DNA from: Bacillota bacterium
GTDB taxonomy: Bacteria; Bacillota; Clostridia; Acetivibrionales; DTU013
Direction: 5' to 3'
NCBI GenBank assembly: GCA_023418915.1
Contig: JAEZYU010000119.1
Coordinates: 66,212-98,211 of the forward strand
DNA: 32,000 nt
In this document: positions 1-8,382 of the stretch, one piece after another
How positions within the stretch are numbered: position 1 is the first letter of the stretch
Layout of the letters: every line of letters starts with the position of its first letter
Position numbers and translations under genes: made by a program
The notes under the pieces: model-generated
What the model saw: only the letters and a program-made list of their open reading frames with translations
Database searches by the model: none
What the model was told of the DNA's origin: nothing

Positions 1-206
1 CCCCATCGATTTGTATAAATTAGCAATTCAGGATGATGACAAACCAGATTGCTTATTCTATTATATCACTATGTGATATTTCTACAGGCATAATTCATTT
101 GTGCATTGAAAATATTATTCACTGTGGCTTGTCATGTGTCTGTCAGTGTAAAGTTATCGCAGAAAAACGCAGGGTAATAGAGAGATGGGAAAAACACGAC
201 ATCGTG

Positions 207-235
207 TTGACTATATAACACAAGTCAATTATACT
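207..235 (+). promoter_or_regulatory. Candidate sigma-A promoter upstream of the TetR gene, with an overlapping inverted repeat that may be the operator
   Basis: TTGACT (207-212), a 17-nt spacer, then TATACT (230-235). TTGACT (207-212) and AGTCAA (223-228) form an inverted repeat inside the spacer. The element lies about 100 nt upstream of the TetR start codon. Confidence 0.4.
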
Positions 236-334
236 AACACTGTGATGAATAGCGTGCTGAATCGCAGGAACTCCCTGCAATTTTGAAAGATTTATTTAAT
301 AGGCGATAATATAACTGTTTTGAAGGAGGTTGTT

Positions 335-895
335 ATGGCCACAGACAGACGTGTAAAATATACGAAAATGGTGCTTAGGGAAAGCCTGATCAGGCTGCTG
401 TGCGATAAACCGATATCGAGGATAACAATTAAGGAGCTCTGTGAAAATGCTGATATCAATCGCGCCACCTTCTATTCTCATTATTCAGATCAGTTTGATC
501 TGCTCAAGAAAATCGAGGACGAGTTCATAACAGACATAACTTCATATTTGAATAACTTTACACTGGAGGAGGACGAAACAAGCATGATGCGGATGATTCA
601 CATGATGCTTGAATATATCGACAGAAATAAGGAATTGTGTCGTGTGCTTCTAGGTACTAATGTTGATACGGATTTTCAGGCTGTTGTCATGCAAATAGTC
701 AGCGAACGTATCGTTTTAGAGTGGAAGAAGAAGTCGGTTGATGGATCAACGGCTGACTATATATATACTTATGCGGCCACAGGAAGTATAGGTATTGTTC
801 GCAAATGGTTGTTTGATGAAAATCCGAAATCAGCCAGAGAAATGTCGGTATTTGTGACTCGCCTTGTGAATAAAGGAATTGATGCGTTTATTTAA
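335..895 (+). CDS. TetR/AcrR family transcriptional regulator (DhaS-like subgroup)
   Basis: N-terminal TetR helix-turn-helix signature ISRITIKELCENADINRATFYSHYSDQFDLL. GGAGG at 325-329 precedes the ATG at 335, so the upstream TTG at 320 in the ORF track is unlikely to be the start. Confidence 0.9.
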   Translation: MATDRRVKYTKMVLRESLIRLLCDKPISRITIKELCENADINRATFYSHYSDQFDLLKKIEDEFITDITSYLNNFTLEEDETSMMRMIHMMLEYIDRNKELCRVLLGTNVDTDFQAVVMQIVSERIVLEWKKKSVDGSTADYIYTYAATGSIGIVRKWLFDENPKSAREMSVFVTRLVNKGIDAFI

Positions 896-966
896 TGAAT
901 AACGTTGCCTCTTGAACGGATGCACTATAAAGAATAAAAGAAAGCAGCAGGTGAAGCGAAGACAAT

Positions 967-1704
967 ATGAATAACTACAAATTACATATCAGGTATGACG
1001 GAGGCCGTTACAAGGGATGGCAGCGTCTGGGGAACAATGAGGATACGATACAGGGGAAGATAGAAGACGCCCTTTCCGAGATGCTTGGAAAAAGTGTTGA
1101 TATCATCGGCAGCAGCAGGACTGATGCAGGTGTGCATGCATTATGCCAGATAGCTAATTTTAAGACGGAAAAGGATATGGAGCCTTCAGAAATAAAAGCT
1201 TACCTTAATAGATATTTACCTAATGATATCAGTATTATAGATGCTTCACCAGTTATAGACAGTTTTCATTCAAGATTCAATGCTTCATCTAAAACTTATC
1301 TGTACAAGATCTGGAATTGTGAATATCCTGATCCTTTTATGAGGAAGTACAGCACACATGTGGCTGAAGGGCTGGATACTGAAAAAATGAAGGAAGCAAC
1401 CGGATTCTTTATAGGACAGCATGACTTTACCGCATTTACTAATGCAAAGTCAAAAAGCAAGTCCATGGTGCGTACGGTATATTCGATAGATATAGAGGAA
1501 AATGGCGGGTTCGTCGATATCCGTATTCGTGGCAATGGGTTTCTGCACAATATGGTCAGAAGAATAGTTGGCACGCTGATGGAGATAGGACTGGGAAGAT
1601 TGGATACTGAGAGCATTCCTGAGATAATTGCATCAAAGCAACGCAGGCAGGCCGGGTACATTGCCGATGCACGTGGCCTGTATCTGGAACGGATCGATTT
1701 CTAG
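967..1704 (+). CDS. truA: tRNA pseudouridine(38-40) synthase TruA
   Basis: Shows YDGxxYxGWQ, SSRTDAGVHA (catalytic Asp motif) and GxxFLHNMVRRIVG, with the typical length of 245 aa. Confidence 0.93.
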   Translation: MNNYKLHIRYDGGRYKGWQRLGNNEDTIQGKIEDALSEMLGKSVDIIGSSRTDAGVHALCQIANFKTEKDMEPSEIKAYLNRYLPNDISIIDASPVIDSFHSRFNASSKTYLYKIWNCEYPDPFMRKYSTHVAEGLDTEKMKEATGFFIGQHDFTAFTNAKSKSKSMVRTVYSIDIEENGGFVDIRIRGNGFLHNMVRRIVGTLMEIGLGRLDTESIPEIIASKQRRQAGYIADARGLYLERIDF

Positions 1705-1830
1705 GTAATACTGCTGAAGCATGGGGCTCGTATCTGGAATGGATCGATTTTATGGGTAACCTGCCGATGCATGCGGATTGGTATCTTCAGCGATACGATT
1801 TAGGGCATATTGCTGATGTATGACAGCGTC
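1661..1830. repeat. Degenerate tandem repeat with a 50-bp unit, about 3.4 copies, spanning the truA 3' end and the sod 3' end
   Basis: TATCTGGAACGGATCGATTT occurs at 1681, TATCTGGAATGGATCGATTT at 1731 and TATCTTCAGCGATACGATTT at 1782. TTGCCGATGCACG, CTGCTGAAGCATG, CTGCCGATGCATG and TTGCTGATGTATG occur at 1661, 1711, 1761 and 1810. Units are roughly 70-75% identical by eye. Confidence 0.75.
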
Positions 1831-2459
1831 ACCTGGCCCTGCATTGCCATCAGAAGTCTTTTTTCAACCTCATACCAGTTTATCAGGTTCCACCAGGCAT
1901 CGATATACTCTCTGCGCTTATTCTGATAGTCCAGATAATAGGCATGTTCCCAAACATCACAGATCAGGATAGGTATGCTGCTCCACTGTGTCAGATTCTG
2001 ATGTTTTTCAGCCTGCAGTATTTCAAGGCGTCTCCAGGCAGGCTGCCATGCAAGTATTCCCCAACCGGATCCCTCTACCTTTACAGTGGCGTTTATGAAC
2101 TGCTCCCTGAAGATATCATAGCTTCCGAAATAGCTGCTTATATGACTGGCAGTGTAAAGACCCGGCTGCCCCCCGGTACCGGCAGGAGCCATGACCGTCC
2201 AGAAGATACTGTGAAGTATATGGCCTGAACCATTAAAAGCTAATTCATTTTCCCAGTACTTAATGAATTCAAAATTGTTTTTTCTTCGGGCTTCGGCCAG
2301 CTTGACCTCCGCCTTGTTAAGACCGTCAACATAAGCTTTATGGTGTTTATCATGATGGATCCTTAATGCCTCTTCACTGATCACCGGTTCGAGTGCATTA
2401 TATGGGTATGGCAGCGGCGGCAGTTGATGCATTCCGGGCACTGTATATATGATTTGCAC
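1800..2459 (-). CDS. Fe/Mn-family superoxide dismutase
   Basis: LPPLPYPYNALEP, IHHDKHHKAYV, NGSGHILHSIFW and DVWEHAYYLDYQNKR are hallmark Fe/Mn SOD motifs. A GTG start at 2459 follows GGAGG; the internal ATG (MHQLPPLPY) would give a canonical N-terminus but has no RBS. The C-terminal tail of about 17 aa extends beyond the usual end. Confidence 0.9.
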   Translation of the reverse strand: MQIIYTVPGMHQLPPLPYPYNALEPVISEEALRIHHDKHHKAYVDGLNKAEVKLAEARRKNNFEFIKYWENELAFNGSGHILHSIFWTVMAPAGTGGQPGLYTASHISSYFGSYDIFREQFINATVKVEGSGWGILAWQPAWRRLEILQAEKHQNLTQWSSIPILICDVWEHAYYLDYQNKRREYIDAWWNLINWYEVEKRLLMAMQGQVTLSYISNMP

Positions 2460-3018
2460 GATGTGGGACCTCCTGTTGCAGCATGTTTACTTAATATTGT
2501 ATTCAGATGCAATGAGGTTTGTGTATTGTCTTGGCATCAGTACATAGATGCTCTCAGCTATTGTCTGCTCCTGCGTGAGCTGTCTCGGTTGTCTTTGCTC
2601 AAAAATTCAGGTTTGGAGAGATAGCAGGATGGTAGATCTGCATAATTTATGGATTTATTACCTGTTGGTGTTACATAATTCAGTATTTTGCTTAATTATT
2701 AAGGTGAATTTTTGTGAATATGAATTGATGGACACCACAAAAGTTGAAAATTTGAGTAGAAAGGGGGTGCGGACAAAAAATGATATCAGGTGTAGTCAGC
2801 TCCAGTGTGTGGTTCAGTTATGGAGCAGTCTCTATAAATTTGAACAGTTTGCACATTAGTCTCTGTAAGATTAGCGTTATTGAATAGGGTGAGCTGCTTT
2901 GCATATAATATCAAATGCTACGAGTTTTGTTGTTGCTGACGAGACTATTACTGTATATTATTGCTAACCTGACCATTGCTATCTTTTTATCATGAACCGT
3001 AGCGATTGAGAGGTATTT

Positions 3019-3336
3019 ATGCAAAACAACCATTTGATGTGTCCGATTTGCAAAAGCAGCAAGCTGGCTATGAAGTATGAGGCCAAGTATGTTTATACAT
3101 ATATGATTGATAATGATACGCCGGGCTTGAAAAATGAAACCGAGTTTCTGTCCTTCCTCTATGACAAGCGTGAACAAACAGAGGCCAGTCAGTATATAGA
3201 GTGCGGTTCCTGTGGAACTAGGTTCCCATGCTTTTATTCACAAGTGGAAAAAGGATTTGATATCAAGTTGGCAGCGGAATCACCTATTATTCACGAGAGT
3301 ATGAAAAAATATGACACAACAGATAAATTCAATTAG
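3019..3336 (+). CDS. Hypothetical small zinc-ribbon protein (CxxC...CxxC)
   Basis: CPIC and CGSC pairs lie about 60 aa apart. A weak RBS, GAGAGG, sits 5 nt upstream of the ATG. I recognise no family. Confidence 0.5.
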   Translation: MQNNHLMCPICKSSKLAMKYEAKYVYTYMIDNDTPGLKNETEFLSFLYDKREQTEASQYIECGSCGTRFPCFYSQVEKGFDIKLAAESPIIHESMKKYDTTDKFN

Positions 3337-3685
3337 TATCGTTCACACAAGGCTATTGGGAGTACCAGAAATAAATCATATTAAAAAGGCAGATTATCTT
3401 TAACGATGCGTTATAATGGTGATTTGATTCAGGCATAATTTATGATATACTGTCCGCATGTAATACATGCGAGGAGCTGTACTTATGGAGCATATTTCTA
3501 TAAGAGATATCGGCGCCTTCATATAATTCTTCTACCAATTACGATATGGATCATATCGATCCACCCAAGCTGACGGATTAAACCAGCTAAGGCTTCACAC
3601 ATACTGATTATGGAGCCGCTTTGATTGAAAAATAGTACGAGAACAGATGTGAACAGCTTCATTACGACAGAGGAGTGGAATAAAA

Positions 3686-4135
3686 ATGTGGCAATGTCCC
3701 AGATGCTTGCGTTGGTTCAAGAAACAAAATCAGGATCACTATTGCGGTGAGTCTCCAAAAACGATTGACGAGTATATTTCGGTACAGTATGAGAGCGTGC
3801 AGCCTTTCTTAAAGCAAATTCAGGAAACTCTCCGCGCCACACTGCCTGATGCGCAGGAGCGAATATCCTGGCGTATGCCGACTTACTGGCTAAAACGCAA
3901 CATAATCCATTTCGCAGCATTTAAAAATCATATCGGGTTATACCCCGGAGATAAAGCTATGATACATTTTGCTGACAGTTTGAAGGAGTACAAAACAAGT
4001 AAAGGCGCACTGCAACTGCCATACGATAGACCACTTCCGCTGGAGTTGATCGCAGAAATGGCAAAATGGTGCAATGAACAGGTAAACACCACTAAGGGGG
4101 GTTTATATGCCAAAATTCCGAAAGATGCTAAGTGA
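3686..4135 (+). CDS. DUF1801/YdhG-like domain protein with an N-terminal Cys-rich zinc-finger-like segment
   Basis: The motif string ISWRMPTYWLKRNIIHFAAFKNHIGLYPG is typical of the YdhG/DUF1801 fold. The N-terminus reads CPRC...HYC. GGAGTGG RBS lies upstream. Confidence 0.75.
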   Translation: MWQCPRCLRWFKKQNQDHYCGESPKTIDEYISVQYESVQPFLKQIQETLRATLPDAQERISWRMPTYWLKRNIIHFAAFKNHIGLYPGDKAMIHFADSLKEYKTSKGALQLPYDRPLPLELIAEMAKWCNEQVNTTKGGLYAKIPKDAK

Positions 4136-4634
4136 CTGGGAGGCGCCTTATATTCAGTCGCTTATGAAATTGATTGAAATGCAAAGCAAATCAACACTTG
4201 CAAATTGGTCTTTAGATTATGCTCAACATCATATATTACCGATTTGGTGCAAGCATTATCCGGATGACTATCGTCCGCAAAATACGCTGAAGGAAGCGAG
4301 ACGGTGGTTAGCGGGAGAAATAAAGCTTCCACAGGCAAAAGCAGCGATCCTCGAATGTCACGAAGCTGCCCGTGAAGCAGACACCAATCCGGCTGCACAG
4401 GCTGCTGCAAGGACGATAGGTCAGTGCGCATCGACTATACACTCAGCAAGACACTGTATCGGGCTCGCCTTATATGGTGCGTTAGCAGTTGCTTATGACA
4501 CCCTTGGAGCGAATGCTTCCTGGGATCAGCTTGAGCAATGTGCAGCCGCTGAATGCGGACGCATGCTTGATGCTCTGCGTGCAGTTTCAGTCAAAGACGA
4601 GCCAAATCCGGCAAAAATCAACTGGAAGTGTTGA
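4107..4634 (+). CDS. Conserved hypothetical all-helical protein; it resembles Imm-5-like putative immunity proteins, but the assignment is weak
   Basis: AAGGGGGG RBS lies 5 nt before the ATG. The gene overlaps the upstream gene by 29 nt. The protein is Ala-rich and helical (HEAAREADTNPAAQAAARTIGQCASTIH). The family call is from memory only. Confidence 0.6.
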   Translation: MPKFRKMLSDWEAPYIQSLMKLIEMQSKSTLANWSLDYAQHHILPIWCKHYPDDYRPQNTLKEARRWLAGEIKLPQAKAAILECHEAAREADTNPAAQAAARTIGQCASTIHSARHCIGLALYGALAVAYDTLGANASWDQLEQCAAAECGRMLDALRAVSVKDEPNPAKINWKC

Positions 4635-4775
4635 TAGAAAAAAATGTAGGCTGACATGTGAGACGTGTCAGGAAAGAAGCAAACAGATTATGAAAGGATT
4701 AGATAATAAGCTGCTCTGCCCATATTTATTTTTCGTAACCTATTAGTGCAAATGTGTTACAACAAAATATTAAAT

Positions 4776-4812
4776 AAACTATTGACATTGACGTTACGTA
4801 ATAGTTTATGAT
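4776..4812 (+). promoter_or_regulatory. MerR-type promoter: TTGACA, 19-nt spacer, TATGAT, with a dyad operator
   Basis: The -35 TTGACA is at 4782-4787 and the -10 TATGAT is at 4807-4812, with exactly 19 nt between them. An inverted repeat AAACTATT (4776-4783) / AATAGTTT (4800-4807) surrounds a central TTACGTAA palindrome. The element lies directly upstream of the MerR gene. Confidence 0.6.
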
Positions 4813-4835
4813 TGTCTTTGCTGGGAGGTGAGCAA

Positions 4836-5591
4836 ATGGAGTACACGATAAACAAGTTGGCAAAAATGGCGGGAGTCAGTACGAGGACACTGAGGTATTA
4901 CGACGAATTCGGATTGCTTTCGCCTGAAAGGATCAACTCTAACGGATACCGTATTTACGGTCAGAAGCAGATCAACAGGCTGCAGCAAATCCTTTTTTAT
5001 CGCGAACTCAGTGTACCGCTGGAAGAAATCAAAAGTATGCTTTCTTCGAAGGATTTTGACGAACAGGCGGCACTGGAATGCCATTTGTCATCCTTGCTTA
5101 CCAGGAGAAAACAACTGGATATGTTGATTGCCAATGTGGAAAAAACCATAAAGGCAGCGAAAGGAGAGACGATCATGAGCGATAAGGAAAAATTTGAAGG
5201 CTTCAAAAAGAAATTGGTGGATGACAATGAGCAGAAGTACGGCAAGGAGGCCAGGGAGAAATACGGCGAAGAGGCTGTTGACCGCTCCAATGCAAAGCTT
5301 ATGGGCATGAGCAGGGAACAGCACGCCGAGCTGGAGAAGCTGACAGTTGAGCTGAATGAGACATTGAAAGCGGCTTTTGAACAGGGCGATCCGGCCGGTG
5401 AGCTGGCGCAGAAAGCCTGTGAGCTTCACAAAAAATGGCTGTGCTTCTTCTGGGATGGTTACAGCAAGCAAGCCCATATCGGTGTGACGCAGATGTATGT
5501 GGACGACCCGCGCTTTACCGCATATTATGACAAAATAGCAGTCGGCTGTGCAGCATTCCTGAGGGATGCGGTGTTGATATATTGTAGGTGA
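4836..5591 (+). CDS. MerR family transcriptional regulator, TipAL-like (N-terminal HTH plus C-terminal TipAS-type antibiotic-recognition domain)
   Basis: YTINKLAKMAGVSTRTLRYYDEFGLLSPERINSNGYRIYG is the MerR helix-turn-helix. The C-terminal WLCFFWDGYSKQAHIGVTQMYVDDPRFTAYYD is TipAS-like. GGGAGG at 4823 precedes the ATG at 4836. Confidence 0.9.
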   Translation: MEYTINKLAKMAGVSTRTLRYYDEFGLLSPERINSNGYRIYGQKQINRLQQILFYRELSVPLEEIKSMLSSKDFDEQAALECHLSSLLTRRKQLDMLIANVEKTIKAAKGETIMSDKEKFEGFKKKLVDDNEQKYGKEAREKYGEEAVDRSNAKLMGMSREQHAELEKLTVELNETLKAAFEQGDPAGELAQKACELHKKWLCFFWDGYSKQAHIGVTQMYVDDPRFTAYYDKIAVGCAAFLRDAVLIYCR

Positions 5592-5604
5592 CGAAATATT
5601 AGCA

Positions 5605-5691
5605 GTGCCAGGCACCACAATTAGACACATATTATATCAAGGTAACAGCAGCTTATAGAACAAATAAGTGTCTAAGTGTCGTGCCTGGCAC
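5605..5691. repeat. Palindromic intergenic element, copy 1 (imperfect arms, long loop)
   Basis: The left arm GTGCCAGGCACCACAATTAGACACATATT pairs with the right arm AATAAGTGTCTAAGTGTCGTGCCTGGCAC. It shares TAGACACATATTATATCAAGG and the whole right arm with copy 2. It lies between the convergent MerR and DHHW genes. Confidence 0.8.
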
Positions 5692-5696
5692 CACAA

Positions 5697-6800
5697 TTAT
5701 TTGAACATATAGCTGTTGTTCAAAGTGGGAGTGCAGTATAAAAACAGGGCATCCTGGTACTCTGAGAAGTCTATATACTCGCCCAATATGTCGGTTGAAA
5801 TGAGGCGGAGGTCTACCAGCGTTATTTTCGAATAGCCTGTGAGCAATAAGGGAGCGATGCTGCTTCCGAACGAATCGCGGAACAGTATCAATCCCTTATT
5901 TGCTGAATTGTCTGGGTTTTCTACAGTCAGCAAAGGCTTCGGACCCGATAGGAAAACATCATAGGGATCTACGCCCGAAAACCTTTCAGGTTCATATATA
6001 CTGCTGTATGACTTGCTGTAGTGATCATAAACGACCGCTCTTTCCAGTGTGTCGTTTGTCATGTAAACCAGTGTGTCGGGGTCCATACCGAGCGCAGCCT
6101 GACCGTAGTATGAACCGTAAAACGGATTTAATTCCTTTTCTATATATTCTGTATCCGATGCCATATTATCATTTCCCATTTCTGACAATAATCTATCTGC
6201 TGCTGAAACCAGCTTATTCTGGCTCCAGTGGATATCTGTACGATAATAGTCATCAAGCGAAAGAGCCTCATAAAGATCGATGTATCTAAAGTCGGTTATA
6301 TTGCTGTTCATAAGCTCAGCCATTCTACCGTAATCGATGGACAGATATTCGTTTTCTGATGCCATAAAAAAGTTCTTGTCTGGAATGATTGCATAATTCA
6401 CGTTCATATTTTGCAGGTATTTACTGTATATTTCATTGATTTTATCAGCAGCATTCAGAACTGATTTTTCATTCAGCGGATATTCCAGCTTGCTTATGAA
6501 CCCATCAGATATATAAATTCCGTTATTATCCTTTTGTTTAAGGAGGTTGAACTTTGTGAAGGCCTTTAAGCCTCTGAAGTCATCACGCAGAACAAACTGA
6601 TCCAGAGAGTATTTTTCAAATCTACTGAAAAAGTCACCACTAAAGAGTTCCATAAATGAAAGCTCAGGCATTTTTGCCAGCCTTCTTCTTTCGCTGTTGG
6701 AAATCTCGGTATCAGGAATAAGCATGTTCCAAACCATAAATCCAAAGGTGATAACTATAAACAAAACAGTAACAGCTAAATTTTTGACGCTATTTTCCAT
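5697..6800 (-). CDS. DHHW/AlgX-AlgJ-like SGNH-type O-acyltransferase partner protein (N-terminal membrane anchor)
   Basis: It has an N-terminal TM segment (LAVTVLFIVITFGFMVW), a RTDIHWSQ motif (D-x-H-W as in AlgJ/AlgX/PatB), and FRDSFGS. It lies downstream of an MBOAT gene. AAGGAGAAG RBS is present. Confidence 0.8.
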   Translation of the reverse strand: MENSVKNLAVTVLFIVITFGFMVWNMLIPDTEISNSERRRLAKMPELSFMELFSGDFFSRFEKYSLDQFVLRDDFRGLKAFTKFNLLKQKDNNGIYISDGFISKLEYPLNEKSVLNAADKINEIYSKYLQNMNVNYAIIPDKNFFMASENEYLSIDYGRMAELMNSNITDFRYIDLYEALSLDDYYRTDIHWSQNKLVSAADRLLSEMGNDNMASDTEYIEKELNPFYGSYYGQAALGMDPDTLVYMTNDTLERAVVYDHYSKSYSSIYEPERFSGVDPYDVFLSGPKPLLTVENPDNSANKGLILFRDSFGSSIAPLLLTGYSKITLVDLRLISTDILGEYIDFSEYQDALFLYCTPTLNNSYMFK

Positions 6801-6976
6801 ACTTCTTCTCCTTGATGTATCTGTATCCGAATAGTGCTGTGTATTGGATTTTCTTGATTGAGCAGCATAACCAGTGTCTGTTTCTATAGTTTTTCTGTGA
6901 AGCTCCGGCAGTCAATTCCTGTGCCCACAGCCAGCATCTGCCTCCGGTGCTCAGACCCGACATACACCTCCGGTGC

Positions 6977-8380
6977 TTAGAATCGGAAATACAAAAACGG
7001 GTTGAACGAGCCGTCAATCAAAAAAGCGGTGACAAGCAGCAGCAGTGACACCTGCATTACAGGCTCCAATACATTTACCAGCAACCTGCATTTTCCTGAT
7101 TTTTTTATCCTGCCTATAAGCTTTTTTGGCAAGGGCGTTGAGCCAACGACAGCTATCAGGAAAATAACCAGATAACTTTTTAGATAATATAGGGTCTCCG
7201 CATTGAATAACGGCGCTCCGGAAAGACCAAGCATCCCTTTTAAGTTGCTGATACATTCTGTCAAACCATTTCCATTGAATAGTACAAAGCTGATCAGAAT
7301 GAAAAACAGCATGTAAATGTGTCTTGCCATAACCGGAGCTTTCTCAAGGCGCCTCAGCAGGAACAGCTTTTCTATACACAGCAATGATGCAAAATACAAT
7401 CCCCATAGGACGAAATTCCACTCAGCGCCATGCCAGAACCCGGTCAGGAACCAGACAACGACTATATTCCAAAGCCACTTTGCCGTGCCTTTACGGTTTC
7501 CTCCCATTGGAATATATATATAGTCCCTGAACCATGTACCAAGGGATATATGCCATCTCCTCCAAAACTCTGTAAGGCTTTTTGATATAAATGGGTAATT
7601 GAAGTTTTCGGGGAAATGAAATCCGAATATGCGACCCAGCCCAATGGCCATATCGCTGTAGCCAGAAAAGTCAAAATATATCTGAAGCATAAAGGCAAAG
7701 GCTTGTATCCAGTAAAACAAGACAGTTTTATCACCTGATTTCTGGAATATATCCGCCAGCTCACCCAAAGAATTTGCAATTATTACCTTTTTAGATAATC
7801 CTATAACAAAGCGGTTGACTCCGTAAGCAATGTCTGCAAATGAGTGAGTTCGGCCTGAAAGCGCCCTCTCAACGTCGGTGTATCTGACAATCGGCCCTGC
7901 TATGAGCTGCGGGAACAGCGAAACATAGGCGGCAAAATCAATAAAGCTTACTTGCACCTTTGTATGACCTCTGTATACATCGATCGCATAGGACAATATC
8001 TGAAAGGTATAGAAGCTGATCCCAATAGGCAGAGCCATATTCAGAAGCGGTATTTCAGATCCTAATATGGCATTTATGTTTTTTACAGCAAAGCCGGTAT
8101 ACTTGAAAAACAAAAGAGGACCTATGCTGAAAAAAGCGGAGGAGATAAGCGATATTTTCGCATATCTCCTGCCCCTTGCCTTATCTATCCACAAACCGTG
8201 AAGGTACCCCGAAATACAAGCCGAAGCCATGACAACAAGGTACCCAGGCTCCCCGCAGAAATAGAAAAACAGGCTTGACAGCAGCAAAATAAGGTTTTTT
8301 ATTCTGCGGGGCACCATGAAGTATACTATTATTACTATCGGCAGAAAGTAATACAGGAAGCTGATGCTGGAAAAAAGCAT
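6977..8380 (-). CDS. MBOAT family membrane-bound O-acyltransferase (AlgI/DltB/PatA-like)
   Basis: The protein is polytopic and carries FWRRWHISLGTWFRDYIYIPMGGNR, the MBOAT catalytic His region. The start is set at the ATG at 8380 (MLFSSISFLYYF), 3 nt after the upstream stop codon, rather than at 8425. Confidence 0.92.
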   Translation of the reverse strand: MLFSSISFLYYFLPIVIIVYFMVPRRIKNLILLLSSLFFYFCGEPGYLVVMASACISGYLHGLWIDKARGRRYAKISLISSAFFSIGPLLFFKYTGFAVKNINAILGSEIPLLNMALPIGISFYTFQILSYAIDVYRGHTKVQVSFIDFAAYVSLFPQLIAGPIVRYTDVERALSGRTHSFADIAYGVNRFVIGLSKKVIIANSLGELADIFQKSGDKTVLFYWIQAFAFMLQIYFDFSGYSDMAIGLGRIFGFHFPENFNYPFISKSLTEFWRRWHISLGTWFRDYIYIPMGGNRKGTAKWLWNIVVVWFLTGFWHGAEWNFVLWGLYFASLLCIEKLFLLRRLEKAPVMARHIYMLFFILISFVLFNGNGLTECISNLKGMLGLSGAPLFNAETLYYLKSYLVIFLIAVVGSTPLPKKLIGRIKKSGKCRLLVNVLEPVMQVSLLLLVTAFLIDGSFNPFLYFRF

Positions 8381-8382
8381 GA

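Noticed and set aside
33-218. A 61-aa Cys-rich ORF at the window start
   Set aside because: It has no RBS, it overlaps the predicted TetR promoter/operator, and its composition is atypical for coding sequence.
2548-2859. A 103-aa ORF in the sod/zinc-ribbon intergenic region
   Set aside because: It has no Shine-Dalgarno sequence, the translation is Cys/Leu-rich and looks non-protein-like, and I recognise no motif.
3485-3526. A 13-codon mini-ORF (MEHISIRDIGAFI) behind GAGGAG, next to the hairpin CGCATGTA-A-TACATGCG, as a possible leader peptide or attenuator for the DUF1801 gene
   Set aside because: It lies about 160 nt from the downstream start codon. I could draw no alternative terminator/antiterminator pairing, and there is no run of regulatory codons. 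It is kept only as a note.
5088-5630. A 180-aa ORF antisense to the MerR/TipA gene
   Set aside because: It lies fully inside a well-supported gene on the other strand. It has no RBS, shows low-complexity Leu/Phe-rich translation, and its 5' part reads into the palindromic repeat.
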